Part shown: positions 1 to 17,580 of the stretch, one piece after another
Layout: each line of letters starts with the position of its first letter
Numbering within the stretch: position 1 is the first letter of the stretch
Assembly (NCBI RefSeq): GCF_009914755.1
Contig: NC_060946.1
Source of the DNA: the human T2T-CHM13v2.0 reference genome, Homo sapiens
Direction: 5' to 3' (one strand)
DNA: 64,000 nucleotides
Notes under the pieces: model-generated
What the model saw: the letters and a program-made list of their open reading frames with translations, nothing else
Databases searched by the model: none
What the model was told of the DNA's origin: nothing
Translations under genes and position numbers: made by a program

Positions 1-1984
1 GCCGGCATCTCATCATTTATGAAATTTCTAATTGTGTGTCGAATGTAAATAAGAGCCAAGTCCTGTAGATTCCTGACAGTGATTCCTTACAGATTTGTAG
101 TGGTGAGGGTTAGATTTAATTTTATATAAGGTTTAAATAATTGTTAAGCATATGTAACCTGATCTGAATTTGCACTTCCTCTATGAAAACTTCATTTATC
201 TAATAAGGAAATCAAATGCTTTGTAGACCCGTTTACCTTACTTTTGTTGCAATCACTGTTGCTGGGTTGCTGTATATATATTCCGGGCAATATATGAGTG
301 TAATAACAATACAAAATACTGAATAATTTAGCTTTTAAAAATCCCACAAATTTTATGAAATTTTACAGCCCTGCTACTTTTGCTTTTCAATCTCTTGCCA
401 AAAGACACGAGTAAAATATCTGCTTCTCTCAGAGAGATTTTAAGAGCACAGCAAGTGAATTATTAAAATAGGAAGTATGTACTTAATACAACTCTTTATA
501 TGGACCCTTTACATTTTCAGTATTTTTAAAAATGAGGTTACCTTAACTCTCTAGAATTTTAAAAGTATATTTAGAATTGTTTTTTCTGTAGTTCACTGTA
601 TAAAGTATTTGTTTTTTTTAAAAAAGCAAAACCATTATTATGTGTGACTCTTGATAGGCCACAGAACGAGTGAATGAGCATGAGTGAGGCCAATTTCTTA
701 GATGGCTGTAAGTAGCAGGGCCATGGTAGACCTGGTCAGTGGATGCACTTTAGCAGATGGAACTTCTAGTTTATCTGAATATTTATCTTTGACAAGGTAG
801 GGCTCAGCCTACATTTGCTTTGGATCTTTCTAGTGCAAGAAATATTCACAGAAATTGTATGTAGATAACCTTTGTTTGGAAAATCCTGTTCAGAATCATA
901 GTGTAATCTTTGGGACTTATGCCATGCTCATTTGACTTCTTCCCATTTTTTTTATGTTTCTTTTGGTAAAACTATAATGGTTTTCATTTTTTACTTAATA
1001 TCACACAATTAAACTCTCATATTTGAGTTTCATTGTAGCTTATCAGTGATAAAAAACAGATAGTAACTGCCATTGTTTGTTTCTTTGTTTTCGTAATAAG
1101 GCCTGAAAACAGCCAATCCTTGTTAAGAAAGTGTGCAATGTAACATATTTGCTAGAATTACATGGATTATATATTTCTTAAAGGGAAAAATTTGAGAGTA
1201 GCATGGATTACCACCAGCATTATTACTACAGTAGTTGCTCAGATTTGGTTAAGGAAGCCCAATCAATGTATAGTGAAAGGATTATTAGGTTTCTGCTAAG
1301 ATTCAGATATTGTTTCAAAAATCTCAGCTCCAATAATTCCACAACATCTAAAAACAAGTGTTTGTGATCATGTGTAAGCATGAAATTGTTCCAAGTAAGT
1401 GAGGATATTTTAGTTATGTGAAAGACAGTATCAATGGAAGGTTATTTGTTTTATACCAGTGGCTGGGATGGTGGAATTGGGGTTATTTCTACAGTTATTC
1501 TTAGATGATTACTAAACTGTTAAGAAATGCCCCATATCATTTGTATCTAGGAAAGAAAAAAATCAGTATCATACTGCTGTCATCTGTCAGAAATGTTCAT
1601 TTTATTTTGAATTAAATGTGGCTTTTGAAGTTACCTTGAATTCCTGGTGACCACATGTTTTTGTCTGGAAAACCTGGGGAAAGTTATCTGTCCCATCTAC
1701 TCTGCTTTTTTTTTTTTTTTTTTTTCTTGGTTGGAGCTGCTGTTTAGATGATGCTTTTACTATGTAGGAGAGAGTTTTTATTAAGGATATATTTAAAGAT
1801 TGGCTTTTCCATATTGTCTTTCATTCTTTGACCTTGGCAAAGTGTACAGTAGATTTTCATGATCATTGCATATTTCTTGTCATTGAAATGTATCTTTTAT
1901 GTTTTTAAATGCATTCATTTTACACTTGTGACATTATCATTGACTTTAAGAGGTAGAAATAAAAAATAAAAATAAAAAAAGAAA
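1..1984 (+). pseudogene. Probable 3' UTR and A-tail of a processed pseudogene, continuing left of the window (PCMTD1-family retrocopy is a contextual guess)
   Basis: About 2 kb of AT-rich sequence with no recognisable interspersed repeat and no ORF. It ends in AATAAA (1958-1963) and an A-rich tail (1957-1985) that abuts D4Z4-like sequence mid-unit. The PCMTD1 guess rests only on recalled adjacency of PCMTD1P to DUX4L loci. Confidence 0.5.
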
Positions 1985-2289
1985 ATGAATGAGATCCACA
2001 CACCTGCGTGTGTGAGACTATCACGGCAACGGCGACACCCACAGGCATTGCCGCCTTCACGGAGAGGGCCTGGAAAACTCAAGACTGTCATGGAGGTTCA
2101 GTTCCACACTCCACCCTTCCAGGGTGGTTTCTTCCTGAAATCGTATGTGAGCCCAGAGAGAAACTTCCAGTTTCCGTAGAATTCTGGAGAACTCAGAGAG
2201 CCAGCCCCAGAAGCCCCCCTTTCCTGGCCGATCTGGCCCCACCTTCGCCTACCACACAGGGCCCTGTGTCTGTGGTTTCTGGCTTCGGA

Positions 2290-2360
2290 GGGCGGCTTAC
2301 CCAGGGCCCTTGTGTGCTCATGCATATTCATGAAGGGGTGAAGCTGATGGGTCTTTATAA
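2290..2360 (+). promoter_or_regulatory. DUX-type promoter: GC box, degenerate D4Z4-binding element (DBE) and TATAA box
   Basis: GGGCGG at 2290-2295, DBE-like atattcatgaaggggtgaag at 2324-2343 and TATAA at 2356-2360, about 130 nt upstream of ATG 2489. Confidence 0.75.
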
Positions 2361-2488
2361 GGGCCACTGGCGGGGTCGGACTCCTGACTGGACCTGCGTG
2401 CAGCACAGAGGCCAACTGAGGCGCACAGGAGCCGCCGGCCTCTCTCTGCCCGTGTCTGTCCGTGAAATTCCGGTGAGGTGCCCTCGCG

Positions 2489-3458
<970 letters not shown>

Positions 3459-4019
3459 GACGCGGGGTTGGGACCGGGTGGGGGCAGGGGGTGGCCCCTC
3501 TTTCACGCTGAACCTCAGGCTCGGTATGGAGACCTGTGTCTTCCCTTCCAGCTGACCTGTCTAGGATCTCTGAGTCCAGGTCCGGCGAGAGACTCCACAG
3601 AAAGGAGGGCTGTCATTCTTTTCCTGAGCATCCCAAGGATTTCAGAGCCAGCCCAGGTACTCAGAGATGGACCGCCTACTGCGCATGCGCGGGTCCATGG
3701 GCAGCCGGCTAGGGTTTGGGACCAGCCCGGGCAGGGCTCTCATCCCTTCCCCGCCTCCCCACGCGGTACACATCCCCCCCACGACCCCCGCGTTCTTCAG
3801 TGGTATAGGCGGAGACCTCCACCCCGGGAAACACTGGCCCGGGCAGCGGCCAGGCCTGCTCTCCTTTCCGCAGCTCAACTCCACTACCTCCCCGCTCCAC
3901 CCTCCCTCGCCCACCCATGCCCCGCCACATCACGTGGAGCTCCCGGCAACTAAATGTAGACCCCGAGATCTTGCGCAAACCGTGGTTCTGCCCTTTCTAG
4001 GCGGGAGGGAAGCCAGGCA

Positions 4020-4312
4020 GAGATGGGGAAAGGAACGGAGACAAAGTGAGAGGGAGGGACAGAGGGAGGAAAGGACGGATGAAAGGAGGGACCTTGGAAG
4101 GGATGGAGGGAGGGACAGAGGGAAAGAAAAAGAGAGGAAGGGAGGGAGGGAAGGAGGGAGAAAGGGAGGTATGGATGGAGGTAGAGAGGGAAGGAGAGAA
4201 GAACAGAGGGAAGCAGGGAGAGAGGGAGACAGGGAGAGAAGAAAGAACAGAGGGAAGGATGGACAGAGGGAGAAAAGGATCAAGAAACAGAGAAAGGAAG
4301 GCAAAGAGAAAA
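4020..4312 (+). repeat. Purine-rich (GGA/GA) low-complexity tract within the D4Z4-like unit
   Basis: Almost exclusively G and A, with ggagggaggga motifs. Confidence 0.85.
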
Positions 4313-4899
4313 GCAGTCTTCTGCTACCAGGACCAGCAGGACCTCGAACTCCGGGAAAATGTTGGGTGCCCAGTGCAGGCTGAGTGCTCGGCCCACGGCC
4401 GCATTGGCTGGCGGTGGGCTCACCGGCCCTCGGGATCGCCTGGGTTACTTCACCCGGGAGCGATTCAGACGAATTCCGCCTCCCAAGGAATGGGCGAATT
4501 CCCCAAAGAGCAGAGCCGAGACTCGAATTGTTGTCCGTTTTTCATCCACATGGTTCACAGATGACATGTGAGCCTCCCCACGCTAAGCCTACAACAGAGC
4601 GCGAGGCAGATACTCCCATCCACACAGGAGTCACACTCAAGCCGAGTGAACCGTGGTTCCGGATTCCACGTTCCTTTGCCTTCTGCAAGGGGGGGGGGGC
4701 TGTTGCTCACGTGTCTCTGGCCCCCGAAAGCGTGACCATGTTGACTGTTTGTTTCCCGAGCTCTGTGGGGACACAGAAACCTCCAGCGAAGCATGGAAAA
4801 GCAGCATCGTGTCTTCACTCTCCTTTCGTTTCCAAACAGGCCATTTTGGAGACTCCTCATGTTGCAGGAAACAGGAATCCGTCATCAGGCCTTGATGCC

Positions 4900-6443
4900 T
4901 CAGTCCCCTGCCCAGGCTCAAGGCACATCAGGCGGCCTCCCTTTCACTGACATTCCAGGCCTTCCCCCAGCTCGTGAGCTCCCGAGCTTCCAACACTTCG
5001 GGCCGGCTCAGGACAGGGTGTGCTTGGAGGCGTCAGGGCCCGGGGCCCACAGTCCTGGGATCACCTCTGGTCCTCCGCCTTGCCGCGGAAAAATTGATTT
5101 GGATCCCTCGCCGCCCCTCTTGCAAGGCCCCCTCTTGCCCCACACACCCAGAGTCCGCCAGGGCTGCCCAGGGGCGAACAGCCGGCCCAGCCCCGTGGGC
5201 CCTTTTTCTCATAACGCCCACACCATCGTCGCTTGTTCCAAAGAGGACCCGCCCATGGCCAACAGGACAGGAAGGCTCTGCTTTGCCCCGCGCTGGCACT
5301 AGAGCCCCGGCAGCCTGATCCTGGGAAAGAGGGGCTGACAGACACCCAGACACACCACACCACCACCATGAGCAAACCCACACCGACACACACACAGTTA
5401 CACACGGGTGCACGCGCACAGGCACACACGCACACACACGGACACACACAACACACAGACACACACACAGACACACACAGACACACAAAGACTCACACAC
5501 GGATACATGGACACACGCACACGAACACACACGGACACACACACAAGGACATACAGACAAAGACACAGACACAGCTTGAAAGAAAGCTAGGGAGACCGGG
5601 ATGGAGAGATAGAAATGGGGGGAGAGAGAGAAAGTTGGAGGGGGAGAGAGACAGAAGGTGACAGAAGAGTGAGAGGTGGAGGGGGAAGTAGAGAAAGGGA
5701 GAGGGTGAGGGAGTTGCAGAGCGAGAAAGACGGAGCCTTGGAGAGGGAGGCTCTGCTCAGGTAGACAGGGCACTTTGAGCAGGCCGGGGTGAGGTGGAGG
5801 GTGCTTGGGCCAGGCTAAGACAGGGGGTCAGGGCCGCCCACGCGGGAAAACCAGCGGAGCCCTGAGACGTGTTTTTTTTTTTTCTTGGATTGGTTGATTG
5901 CTTTGGGGGTGCGTTTCATAGGGTCCTTCCTTTGTTTGCTTCTTTCTGTCTCCTTGGTGCTGTGGGCCCCGAGACTTGTAGAGTGCACCCGTCCGTCTGG
6001 TGGAAGCTGTGGCACAGAGCGTGTCCACGGGGCCAGGTCTGTGTATCTCTCGTGTCCTCGGGACTACACTTTACACGAAGTCGGTGGCAATGGGAAACAA
6101 GGTGCACAGGGATGGATTTCTTCGTGGCTGGCAAAGACAATATACTTCCCCCGGGGAAAGCATTCCATGGTTTCTGGAGCGGAGGTCTTGGCTGGCGACT
6201 GTGGGACCTGCTGCCCCAACTTGGATGGTTGCAGAGGCACTTGATGAATGAATTGAATTGCCTGGGGTCCGGGGAGTGGGAAGACACCCTGGAGGGCAGG
6301 AAACCCGAGCCTGCACCTTCCGGGTCTAGTACGCGCCGCAGCGCCCCGGCTGGAGCCGGGCTCCTCGTGGGGCTGCAGCCAGTCGAAAGAGGTGGGATGC
6401 TGCCGCCTGGCGGTATTGCAGCTGTGGACCCCCACGAGGAGGT
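4900..6443. repeat. Fragment of the 5S rDNA (RNA5S) repeat intergenic spacer, without a 5S gene
   Basis: Colinear with my recall of the human ~2.2-kb 5S repeat: ggccttccccc..ctcccgagcttcca, ttttggatccctcgccgc, ggcgaacagccggcccagcc, gctggcactagag, a (CA)-rich tract, a (GA)-rich tract, tgaattgaattgcctggg, ggctggagccgggctcct and ggtgggatgctgc. Similarity is clearest from about 4955. Confidence 0.8.
5340..5572. repeat. Imperfect (CA)n microsatellite, part of the 5S spacer
   Basis: Direct inspection. Followed by a GA-rich tract to about 5740. Confidence 0.9.
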
Positions 6444-6614
6444 TTCATCTCGACATAAATCTTTTTATTTCCTCAGCTGATCTGTATCCTTAATTTTAGG
6501 TTAGTGGTAACTCCACAAATTTAGAGGCACAAAATATGGTTGCCCATACCTTATAATCGCATTACCACCCCCCATTACCACCACCTTTCCCCCTCCTCCC
6601 CACCCTCAACCCAT

Positions 6615-6729
6615 AGACTAGGTCTTGCCATGTTGCCCAGGCTGACCTCAAACTCCTGGGCTTAAGTGATTTGCCAGCCTTGGCCTCTCAAAGTGCTGGG
6701 ATCAGCGGTGTGAGTCACCATGCCCAGCC
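6615..6729 (-). mobile_element. Alu left monomer (FLAM/AluJ-like fragment)
   Basis: gtcttgccatgttgcccaggctg..caaagtgctggga..caccatgcccagcc. Confidence 0.85.
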
Positions 6730-7999
6730 AACCACCACCAAGTTTTGATTCAGCAGCACTGGGTGATGGAGCTAAGGACCCACAAATTTAGAAAAGTTTT
6801 TAAATATCATAACGTTTCTGTGAGGAAATAGTATTTGATATTACATTTTTAGACTCTTTTATAATGTTCTGTTTTTTTCCACCGAGCACAGTACTAAGTA
6901 GTAATTGGAAAATCACAGAATAAGTCATATTACTTTTTCTAATACAGAGTCCTCGGCTGTTCTCTAAGCTAATCCTGATCACCTACATTGAGAAAAAAAA
7001 AAAACCCCAGAGTGTGAGGAGACAGGAGATAGTAGCCAAACATCCAAATAGGTGGGAGTGAATAAGGCAGATGACACAGACGAGATGTCCAAAGATCAAG
7101 GAGAAAGCCAGATCTTAAAGTGTGGTTTGCGAAGCTATGCTCCAATGGAAACCTTTTCTGCAAAGCCCTGATTTCTTTCTCTTGCTTTCATTAGAGACTG
7201 ACATCCTCTGCCCCATGCTCTTCAATTTTCTAGGACTGGACTTCCCCTTCAAAGATCATTCTTCTAGGTTACAAAGAAAATCAAAGCCCTTTGCATGGCT
7301 TACAAGGGACTGGAGGACCTGGCTGCTTGCTCTTTTATTCCTTTTGAGGACATGGGGCCATCTGTGATTTTTAAGGAACTCTATGTTAAACATTTTCTAA
7401 TTTCCATTTTGAGTCTTGTCTAAAATGTGTGAGAGTAGTGGAGATATTGGGATTTGGTTTAGAAATCCCAGAAACACCACATCCAGATGTCGTATGTTTT
7501 CTGCTTTATAATTTCATATCCTGTGAAGGTTTCAAATGTGATTCTACAGAAATTCATACTCAATAATTTTATCAGAACACTAAGCTTCTGCCCCATGTAG
7601 TAAAACCTAATGTTATTTTACTTCAAAATTCTAAGTTTTTGGTATGTATTGAGGCTAATATTGTAAACACTCTGTGCCATAATTCCTAAACTGTAATATG
7701 GTTTAATGTATCTACTTTCTACATTTAAAACATGTACTTTGCCATTGAGGAACTCAGAATATTGCTGAGCATGTATTAAATACCCATTTGTTTCCTGTTT
7801 TTTAAATAGTTATCATTTTATAATTTTCTCTTGTTTAGTTTGAAGCTTACTAGGATTTTTTCATTGATATGTATGTGTGTATATATATACACACACAAAA
7901 GTATATACATAACAACATATGTAATTGATATATATGTATATGCTTTATATATGTGTACATACACACTTATGTGAATATATGCATGTGTACATAACATTA

Positions 8000-8922
8000 A
8001 TTTTTTGACCAATAAAAATTGCATAATTATGTATTGTGTACATTATAAAAATTTGATAATTATATATATTGTAAAATGTTTAATACAATTAAGTTGATGA
8101 ACATTTATGTCACCTCACATGGTTATGTTTTTTGTAGTGAGAGCATTTGAGGTGTCCTACTGTTGCAGCAAATTTTAAGCATAAAAAATACTGTTATTAA
8201 CTACATCTTAAAGCTATACATTAGACCCCCAAAACTTATTTATCTTATAACTGGAAGTTTGAACTCTTTGAACACCTTATTTTTTCTACCTCCAGCCCTG
8301 GTCATTACCATTGTACTCTCTGCTTCTATGAGTTCAGGCTTTTTAAATTGTCCATGTAAGTGAGAACATACAGTGTTTGTCTTTCTGTGCCTGGCTTATT
8401 TTGCGTAGCATAATGTACCCAGGTCCATTCATGTTGTTGAAATAGCAGAATTTCATTCTTTTTTATGGGTGAATAATATTCGGTTGTCTATTTATACCAC
8501 ATTTTCCTTATCCATTCAACATCTACAGATAAGTCGTTTTTTTAAAAAAAAAAAATACCTTTGACAGTTGTGAATAACGCTGTATTGAATACAGGGGTGA
8601 AGATTATTTTTGAGATGCTGATTTTAATTTGTTTATAGACAGAAGTGGAATTTCAGGATTGTACAATAGTTCTATTTTTTAAAATAACCTGCAAACTAAT
8701 TTTCATAATGACTCTTCCAGTTTGCAACTCATTCAGACTGTACAGAAATATTTTGTCACATCCTTGTTAACACTTGTCATATTTCTTTTTTTTATATTAG
8801 CCATTCCAACTGCTGTAAAGTTGTATCTTTTGATTTGCAATTTTCTCATGAATGGTAATGTTTAGCATCTTTCTACACACCTGTTGGCCATTTGAATATG
8901 CTTGTAAAAAATATTTAGTCTT
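8000..8922 (-). mobile_element. Old L1M (L1MA/L1MB-type) 3' end, interrupted by the L1PA
   Basis: Antisense L1M 3' UTR motifs (ctctctgcttctatgagtt, gtaagtgagaacatacag, tttgtctttctgtgcctggcttattt). The element resumes at about 15076. Confidence 0.8.
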
Positions 8923-9951
8923 GGTTGGTGGAGCCAAGATGGACAAATAGGAACAGCTCCAGTCTACAGCTCCCAGCTTGAATGACGCAGAAAATGGGTG
9001 ATTTCTGCATTTCCAACTAAGGTACCAGGCTCATCTCACAGGGGAGTGCTGGTCAGTGGGTGCAGGATAGTGGGTACAGTGCACCACGCATGAGCCAAAG
9101 AAGGGCGAAGCATCACCTCACCTGGGAAGCACAAGGGGTCAGGGAATTCCCTTTCCTCCTCAAAGAAAGGGGTGACAGATGGCAACTGGAAAATCGGGTC
9201 AATCCCACCTTAATACTGTGCTTTTACAACCAGCTTCACAAACAGCACACCAGGAGATTATATCCTGCACATGGCTTGGAGGGTCCTATGCCCACGGAGC
9301 CTCAATCATTGCTAGCACAGAAGTCTGAGATCGAACTGCAAGGTGGCAGTGAGGCTGAGGGAGGGGTGCCCACTATTGCTCAGGCTTGAGTAGGTAAACA
9401 AAGTGGCCGGGAAGCTCAAACTAGGTGGAGCCCACCACAGCTCAAGAAGGCCTGCCTGCCTCTGTAGGCTCCACCTCTGGGGGCAGGGCACAGACAAATA
9501 AAAGACAGCAAAAACTTCTGCAGACATAATTGTCCTTGTCCCACAGCTTTGAAGAGAGTAGTGGTTCTCCCAGCACACAGGTTGAGATCTGAGAATGGGC
9601 AGACTGCCTCCTCAAGTGGGTCCCTGACCCCCGAGTAGCCTAACTGGGATGCACCCCCCAGTTGGGGTGGACTGACACCTCACACGGCCAGGTACTCCTC
9701 TGAGACAAAACTTCCAGAGGAACCATCAGACAGCAGCATTTGCAGTTCACCAATATCCGCTGTTCTGCAGCCTCCACTGCTGATAACCAGGAAAACAGGG
9801 TCTGGAGTGGACCTCCAGTAAACTCCAGCAGACCTGCAGCTAAGGGTCCTCTCTGTTAGAAGGAAAAATAACAAACAGAAAGGACATACACACCAAAAAC
9901 CCATCTGTACATCACCATCATCAAAGACCAAAGATAGATAAAACCACAAAG

Positions 9952-14860
<4,909 letters not shown>

Positions 14861-15681
14861 AGAGTGAGAACACGTGGACACAGGAAGGGGAACATCACAC
14901 ACCGGGGCCTGTTGTGGGGTGTGGGAGGGGGGAAGGATAACATTAGGAGATATACCTAATGCTAAATGACGAGTTAATGGGTGGAGCAAAGCAACATGGC
15001 ACATGTATACATATGTAACAAACCTGCACGTTGTGCACATGTACCCTAAAAGTTAAAGTATAATAATATTAAAAAATAATGTTTAATCTTTTGCCCATTT
15101 TTTAGTTGGGTTTTATAATTATTATTGTTTAGCTTCTGATTTGTATGAGTTTCTGCTATATTTTGAATATTAACCTCTTATCATATATAGTTTGCAAATA
15201 TTTTATCCCATCTTAAATGTTTTCTTATTTTTTGCTGTGCACAATAGTTTAATACACTACAACTTTATGTCTGGTTTTATTGCTATACTTTTGATATCGT
15301 ATTTTTAAAAAATTGCCAAGGCCACTATCATGGAGGCTTTTCATATGCTTTTTAAAAGATTTTCTTTTAAGGATTTATGTATTAAGTATTTTAAGTCAAT
15401 TTTTATGTCTGGCATAAGAAATATGATCAAGTGTTATTATTGTGCTTGCGAGAATCCAGTTTTCCCAGCACTAAGTATTGAAAAGGCTACACTTTTTGTA
15501 TTGAGTATTCATAGCGCCCTTGTCAAAGATTAACTTTAGATGCATAGATTTACTTCTGGGCTCTGTATTCCGTTCCATTGGTTTTTGTGTTTGTTCCTAT
15601 AAACATTCCATTCTATTATGTTTACTGTAGTCTTGAAATGTAGTTTTAAATAATAAAGTATAATGTCCCCAGATTTCTTTA

Positions 15682-16076
<395 letters not shown>

Positions 16077-16548
16077 TCATCAATATATTTTATTTTTTAT
16101 TGTAAAGATCTTTCACCTCATTTGTTAAATTTATTGCTAAGAAATCTATTATTTTGTTGCTATTGTAAATGAGATTTTTTTTCTTTTTTACTGGTTTGTT
16201 GCTAGCATATAGAAACAAAACTGATATTTGTATGTTAATTGTATATGCTGCTTCTTTACTGAGTGCATTTATTAGATGCACTGTTTATATATAGATGCAT
16301 TAAATGCAGTATTTAAATGTACTATTTATGTTTTTTATATATAACATTATGTCATCTACAAACAGTGACGTTATTTCTTCTTTTCAATTTGGATCTTTTA
16401 GCTTTTCTTGCTTAATTATTTGACGTAGGACTTAATTATTCTATGTAGCACTTCCTATTCTATGTTAAAATAGAACCGTTAGAACAGGCATAATATAGAC
16501 TTGCATTGGTGTTTGTGCATTTGAAGGAGCAAACACCTCTTTTCATTT

Positions 16549-16856
16549 GTCGTTGTTGTTGTTGTTGTTTTGTTTTTGAGACGGAGACTCGCTCTGTCAC
16601 CCAGGCTGGAGTGCTGTGGCACGATCTTGGCTCACTGCAACCTCCGCCTCCTGGGTTCAAGCAATTCTCTGCCTCAGCATCCTGAGTAGCTGGGATTACA
16701 AGTGCCAACCACCATGCCCGGCTAATTTTTGTATTTTTAGTAGAGACAGTGTTTCACCATCTTGGCCAGGCTGGTCTTGAACTCCTGACCTCGTGATCCA
16801 CCCACCTCGTCCTCCCAAAGTGCTGGGATTACAGGTGTGAGCCACCGTGCCCAGCC
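16549..16856 (-). mobile_element. AluS (AluSg7-like) with (GTT)n tail
   Basis: gcaattctctgcctc and caccatcttggcc diagnostics. TSD ctcttttcattt at 16537-16548 and 16859-16870. Confidence 0.9.
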
Positions 16857-17476
16857 AGCTCTTTTCATTTTTATAAACTGGTTTTAGTAGGTAAAGATCT
16901 TCATCTGTTAGGTCTCAAGGCTGATGAGATCTTTACTGGGTTTGCAGTAAAAAGGCTTGTAGCTGCATCACAAGGTGGCTGCCGAATCTGAAGTGGGTTT
17001 TACCTTTAGTGGGCTTGTTACCAGGAGCACATGTGGTTGTGAGTTCTGTTAGGTTTTTGGGCAGGCTGGATTGTCTTCAGGGCTTTGTTTTGTGAAGCAG
17101 GCACTAGGGCAGGTTCTGCTATATGCTGGGCCTAATAGCAGATGTGTGGGTGAGTGTGGCTCCCACTGTGTACCTAGCAGGTGTTCCCCAGGTTATCTAC
17201 AAACAGTGACTTTTGAGCTGTTTTGTGTGAGTCACGAGTATGATGTCCCCAGCTTTTTTCTTATTCCTCATGATTGGCTTGGCCATTCAGCCTACATTGT
17301 AGGCTTGCATTTTCCATTACTATAAAAAGTGGGACAGGGATTTTGATAGGGATTTGAGTTAACTTACGGATTGTTTTGGATAATATGACACCTTATTAAC
17401 CAAAGGGCCTGCTTCTCAAAATGACTCTTTTCGATCTTGGGTTTTAGCGAGGTTTCATAATGCCCTGTATCGCAAA

Positions 17477-17580
17477 TTCACTATATTGCCCAGGCTGTTC
17501 TTGAACGCCTGGCCTGGAGCAGTCCTCCTGACTCAGGTTCCTGAATGGAGGAGATTACTGTCATGAGCCATTGTGCCTGG
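17477..17580 (-). mobile_element. Old Alu monomer (FLAM/FAM-like)
   Basis: ttcactatattgcccaggctg..gagattac..atgagccattgtgcctgg. Confidence 0.7.

Noticed and set aside
3667-4564. Long ORFs (238 aa, 172 aa, 124 aa) in the D4Z4-like region
   Set aside because: Products of GC-rich and purine-rich low-complexity sequence, with no recognisable domain.
4900-6480. A 5S rRNA gene, and the ORFs over the CA tract
   Set aside because: I could not find the 5S coding sequence on either strand. The ORFs are CV/HT dipeptide artefacts.
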